A stretch of DNA of 64,000 nt, taken from an uncultured SAR116 cluster alpha proteobacterium (GTDB taxonomy: Bacteria > Pseudomonadota > Alphaproteobacteria > Puniceispirillales > Puniceispirillaceae). A program made the position numbers and the translations under genes. The notes beneath the pieces were generated by a model. It did not search any database. It saw only the letters and a program-made list of their open reading frames with translations, and had not been told where the DNA came from. The DNA lies in NCBI GenBank assembly GCA_902623185.1, contig CACNSW010000002.1:23654-87653 (forward strand), in the 5' to 3' direction. Shown here in pieces: positions 60,408 to 64,000 of this stretch; position 1 is the stretch's first letter; the number at the start of each line of letters is the position of its first letter.

Positions 60408-60418
60408 GAGTAAATCAG

Positions 60419-61156
60419 ATGACTAATGAATTAGAGAATCTTGCTGGCATGCTAGTTCTGGTTACGGGCGCTAGCCGTGGCATTGGCCGAGCCGTGGCCC
60501 TGGCGGCCGCTAGCGCTGGTGCTGAGTTGATAATCACTGGGCGAACAATTGGTGCTCTTGAGGAGCTTGATGACGAAATCAAAGCCGTTGGTGGCAAGGC
60601 AACAATCGTTGAAATGGATTTAAAGGATACTGCTGCAATACCGCGTCTAGCTGCAGCGATTGCGGGGCGCTGGGGGCATCTAGATGGTTTGGTTGCCAAT
60701 GCTGGTATGCTACCCGCACTAACCCCAGTTGCGCATTTAGAGCCCAATGTCTGGGATGAATGTCTTGCTGTCAATCTATGTGGACAATGGCATCTGATCC
60801 GGGCTATGGATCCGCTGCTTAGGGCCGCACCTGCCGGCCGCGCTATTCTTGTTTCGTCAGGCGCTGCGGTGGGGAGCAAACCTTTCTGGGCTCCATATGC
60901 CGCGGCGAAGGCTGGACTAGAAGCATTGGGTCGATCATGGGCTGGCGAAAGTGAGCAGACAAATCTGCGTATCAATATCCTCAATCCGGGTAACACCGCC
61001 ACAAGGATGAGGGCCTCAGCTTTTCCCGGAGAGGATCAGGCCACGCTGCCGCAGCCGGAAGATATAGCCCCAGCCTTCATCAAACTGCTTAGTCCGACTT
61101 GTAAGCAACACGGCACCGTGTTCAGTGCACGTGAAATGTTAGGCCTGAAAGTTTAG
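60419..61156 (+). CDS. SDR family oxidoreductase
   Basis: TGASRGIG cofactor motif and Y..AAK catalytic motif (PYAAAKAG). Confidence 0.85.
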   Translation: MTNELENLAGMLVLVTGASRGIGRAVALAAASAGAELIITGRTIGALEELDDEIKAVGGKATIVEMDLKDTAAIPRLAAAIAGRWGHLDGLVANAGMLPALTPVAHLEPNVWDECLAVNLCGQWHLIRAMDPLLRAAPAGRAILVSSGAAVGSKPFWAPYAAAKAGLEALGRSWAGESEQTNLRINILNPGNTATRMRASAFPGEDQATLPQPEDIAPAFIKLLSPTCKQHGTVFSAREMLGLKV

Positions 61157-63018
61157 TTTCTATTCACACGTTCTCGAAAACGATATGGATCAAGCAGATG
61201 CCTCGTTGGTGTGTCAATTGACACTGCACAATCCAGAATTGATGCCGCGAGTTGGTCACCAAGTAATGGAGCAAATGTGAAACCGCGAGCTCCCAGGGCA
61301 CCGAGAACAAAAACACGATCTGCTAGCCTCCCTGATATCGGGTTCCGGTCTAACGAACTTACGCGACGGCTTGTACGCCCGGACAAGTTGTTTGATTTAA
61401 TGCCCGAAAATAAAGCGCGCAACTCGGATGGCAGTAAAGAAAAATTATGGCTGTGTCCGTCAGGCGTAACTTCCATACCCGGCTTCCGGTCAAAGGTCGC
61501 GCCAAGTTCATGCATGCCGTCGATGGCAGGCGTCAAATATCCACCAAAACTAAGGCCTGTGCAGAGCCTTTCGGAATACTTAGTTGCAGGAAGATGGCTA
61601 ACCTGTCCAGTGGTTATATCCAGCGCAGCGAAATGACTATCAAAGGCCATCAGAAATTCTGGCATATTCGCGCCATTCGCGAGTACGATAGCATCAAAAA
61701 TTTCCTGTCTACCATCATTAGCTTTTACCGTGACTCCGCGACCGTCCTGTATAAAACGCGAAACGTTGAAGTTTGTGATGACATGACAACCACTTGCAAG
61801 CAAGGCAAGCAGTTTTGCCGGCTTGATCACGCGCCCGTAGTCGTACCGCACTGCAGGCAACTGGATCTCAATGCCGCTCTGAACAGTTGCCTCTGTAGGC
61901 GCGAGGTCAGCGATAAGTGTGTTCGGCCATTTCTGGCGACGAAATTTGGCATGGCGCTCTTCTTCACGAAGTGGCCAGTCAAGTGCAATCACTGGCGCTG
62001 CAACGCTCGCGCCTGCACGGTCTGATAAGTTGGCAGCAAACGCAAGACAGGTTGCCGAAAGCTGACTTATCAGATTGTGATCGACGGCCAACCTCGGACT
62101 CTGTAAGGCAAGACGGTTTCCCGAAGCACCATTTCCGAGTGATGAACCCGCCTCCAGAATTGTCACCTTGGCACCACGACGGGTTAAGCCTGCCGCCACT
62201 GACGCACCGGCGATACCACCGCCGATTACACCAATATTCGAAAATCGCAATCGCGCATTATATTTGTCACTAACCCTTAAACTCCTAAATCCAACTATCA
62301 TGTCTCGTTTGCGCCCGAATCCAGGGCGCTTTTCGATACTAAAACCTGCTTTGGTCAAACCACGCCGCACCGAGGAGGCTGCAGTAAAGCTCGCAACTGT
62401 TCCGTTTTTTGTCGTTAGCCTTGCAATCTGTTGCAAAATCTCCGGCGACCAAAAAGCTGGGTTTTTTGCTGGCGAAAACCCGTCTAAAAACCAGCAATCT
62501 GCCTTAAAATCACAACTTGGCAGAATCGTGTCAGCGTAGCCATAGAGAAGGTGAAGGCGCAAACGCCCACTAAGCAGGGCGGCAACATGCCGTCCGGGCC
62601 ATGGTGGTGGAATCACCGCCCGAAGCGCACTAGCGTGCACTGCCAATTCAGGGAATTGACTATGAGCAAATTTCATCTGTTGTTCGTCTAGCGGATGCGC
62701 CTCAACCGACAGAAAATCCACATACAATTTCGGAAACTTGGTCATTTCTGCCATTAATGCTAATAAATTAAGGCCCGTACCAAAACCTGTCTCACCAATG
62801 CATAAATAGCTATTCAGTGCCATCCGTGCTGGAAGATCATTACCATTAAAAAAAACATGCCGAGTCTCCGCTAACCCATCCTCGCGGGAAAAATAGACGT
62901 CATCATAGCCATCAGCAAGCAGCATTCCCTTGCGAACTGATATCTTGGCCCGGATTAGACGATAGTCCGATCCATCATGCAGGTTAGGCTGTTTGCTCAT
63001 GGCAGCAGCTATATCCAT
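61153..63018 (-). CDS. mnmC: Bifunctional tRNA (mnm5s2U34) methyltransferase / FAD-dependent cmnm5s2U34 oxidoreductase
   Basis: N-terminal SAM-MTase (ETGFGTGLN) and C-terminal DAO-type FAD domain (GGGIAGAS); 621 aa. Confidence 0.85.
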   Translation of the reverse strand: MDIAAAMSKQPNLHDGSDYRLIRAKISVRKGMLLADGYDDVYFSREDGLAETRHVFFNGNDLPARMALNSYLCIGETGFGTGLNLLALMAEMTKFPKLYVDFLSVEAHPLDEQQMKFAHSQFPELAVHASALRAVIPPPWPGRHVAALLSGRLRLHLLYGYADTILPSCDFKADCWFLDGFSPAKNPAFWSPEILQQIARLTTKNGTVASFTAASSVRRGLTKAGFSIEKRPGFGRKRDMIVGFRSLRVSDKYNARLRFSNIGVIGGGIAGASVAAGLTRRGAKVTILEAGSSLGNGASGNRLALQSPRLAVDHNLISQLSATCLAFAANLSDRAGASVAAPVIALDWPLREEERHAKFRRQKWPNTLIADLAPTEATVQSGIEIQLPAVRYDYGRVIKPAKLLALLASGCHVITNFNVSRFIQDGRGVTVKANDGRQEIFDAIVLANGANMPEFLMAFDSHFAALDITTGQVSHLPATKYSERLCTGLSFGGYLTPAIDGMHELGATFDRKPGMEVTPDGHSHNFSLLPSELRALFSGIKSNNLSGRTSRRVSSLDRNPISGRLADRVFVLGALGARGFTFAPLLGDQLAASILDCAVSIDTPTRHLLDPYRFRERVNRN

Positions 63019-63470
63019 CGGTTAGGTAACAATAAGGAGTTTTTTTAACAACATCTAATTAGAGAATTTTCTTTGATTAATGCCTGTTTGCAGTTGTTTT
63101 CTAGTCTTAGCGATTCAGCACTTTTGCCTTAATAATAGAGCAATAACAAATTCAAAATTAATTAGTTTTGATGTTTCCATAGCTTCACTGATCATGGTGG
63201 AACGTTTTTTGCCGCTAAAACAAATCCTAGCATGTGTTTTTTAGCCAGGATAAGATCTTAAATATTAGCTAATGAATTTTGAAACCGATGTCGTTTGTAA
63301 GCATTTTGACTACACGTTAACTTTACTCGTAAGATCCTTGCCCTGGTCTTCACGTATTTTTTAGGTGATGTGTTTTGACGGCATAGCAAAAATGGCCGTT
63401 TGAAGAAATATGACAGAAAGCCCATTGCAGATTATTTTGGTAAAATTCAATTTACCTCTGGGAAATTATC

Positions 63471-63908
63471 ATGGATAAGCAACCATTCTGGAAAACAAAA
63501 AATCTCCAAGAAATGAACAAAAGCGAATGGGAAGCGCTTTGTGATGGCTGTGGCAAATGCTGTATGCTTAAGCTTGAAGATGCTGACAGTGGAGAAATTT
63601 ACTACACCGATGTTGGATGCAAATTGCTCGATTGTGACAGTTGCCGTTGTCAGCATTACAATGAAAGGAAAACGTTAGTCCCCGACTGTGTCATATTGGC
63701 AGCGGATCGCCTTGATGCGCTGCATTGGATGCCAGAAACATGTGCTTATAGATTGCTCAATGAGGGTCACGAACTCCCTAACTGGCATCCTCTAGTAACG
63801 GGCAGTACCGATAGTACGAATCTCTCGGGCAATTCAGTTTCTGGCCAAGTTGTTTCGGAAGCGAGTGTCTCCGAGGCAGATATTCTCAATCACATCCGAA
63901 AATGGTGA
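63471..63908 (+). CDS. ycgN: YcgN family (UPF0260) cysteine-cluster protein
   Basis: FWKTK.L..M...EWE.LCDGCGKCC..KL, and C.LLD...C.C. Confidence 0.8.
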   Translation: MDKQPFWKTKNLQEMNKSEWEALCDGCGKCCMLKLEDADSGEIYYTDVGCKLLDCDSCRCQHYNERKTLVPDCVILAADRLDALHWMPETCAYRLLNEGHELPNWHPLVTGSTDSTNLSGNSVSGQVVSEASVSEADILNHIRKW

Positions 63909-64000
63909 GCACATAAGATTGCGCCAATAAGTTGCCTTGAGCTAATGCCCGTTGTTCTGTCTCCGGGGCCCTCAATGACAATCTTGTAAAACAATCATGA

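Noticed and set aside
63019-63470. 452-nt AT-rich divergent intergenic region between mnmC and ycgN, including a Cys-rich ORF of about 57 codons starting at 63080 and a weak ACGGC/GCCGT hairpin.
   Set aside because: The ORF has no RBS and looks random. The hairpin lacks a T-run. I could not recognise a riboswitch or sRNA signature, so it is treated as promoter space.
1-64000. I scanned for CRISPR arrays, rRNA genes, IS elements and prophage genes.
   Set aside because: I saw no regularly spaced short direct repeats, no rRNA-like sequence and no transposase, terminase or capsid-like ORFs.

Overview
The window is a chromosomal segment with alphaproteobacterial gene order and content. About three quarters of it is housekeeping core. 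On the minus strand this includes nusB(5' end)-ribH-ribE-ribD-nrdR-glyA-rpiB, then DUF1467-mce-rnj-coaX-birA directly following a complete 14-gene nuoA-N operon (9.07-23.4 kb). It also includes tRNA-His, tRNA-Leu, tig-clpP-clpX-lon-hupB and tRNA-Val (42.1-49.4 kb). On the plus strand are rpsF-rpsR-rplI-dnaB-alr-mlaEF-radA-cvpA-purF. The stretch between nuoA and tRNA-Val is non-core. It first carries small-molecule and transport genes: PhyH dioxygenase, two DMT transporters, DUF3429, a tandem Lin0512 pair and an ArsC-family gene. A visibly AT-rich accessory block of about 13.7 kb follows (about 28.4-42.1 kb), with tRNA-Asp embedded in it. The block encodes four exported proteases of three catalytic clans: an S8 subtilase, an S1 trypsin-like protease with a helical-repeat tail, and two tandem caspase-fold C14 paralogues, one fused to MORN repeats and a 4 x 87-bp two-Cys repeat array. 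It also encodes a TerB-like protein, a two-gene cassette of unknown function with a long out-of-frame overlap (272 aa membrane-anchored, 794 aa exported), an ABM-fold protein, a lipoprotein and a truncated MORN-type gene start. I found no integrase, transposase, CRISPR array or att-type duplication. The most interesting content is the exported caspase/MORN pair and the unknown 272/794-aa cassette. I cannot show that these form one functional system. All family assignments come from motif recognition by eye, with no HMM or BLAST search.
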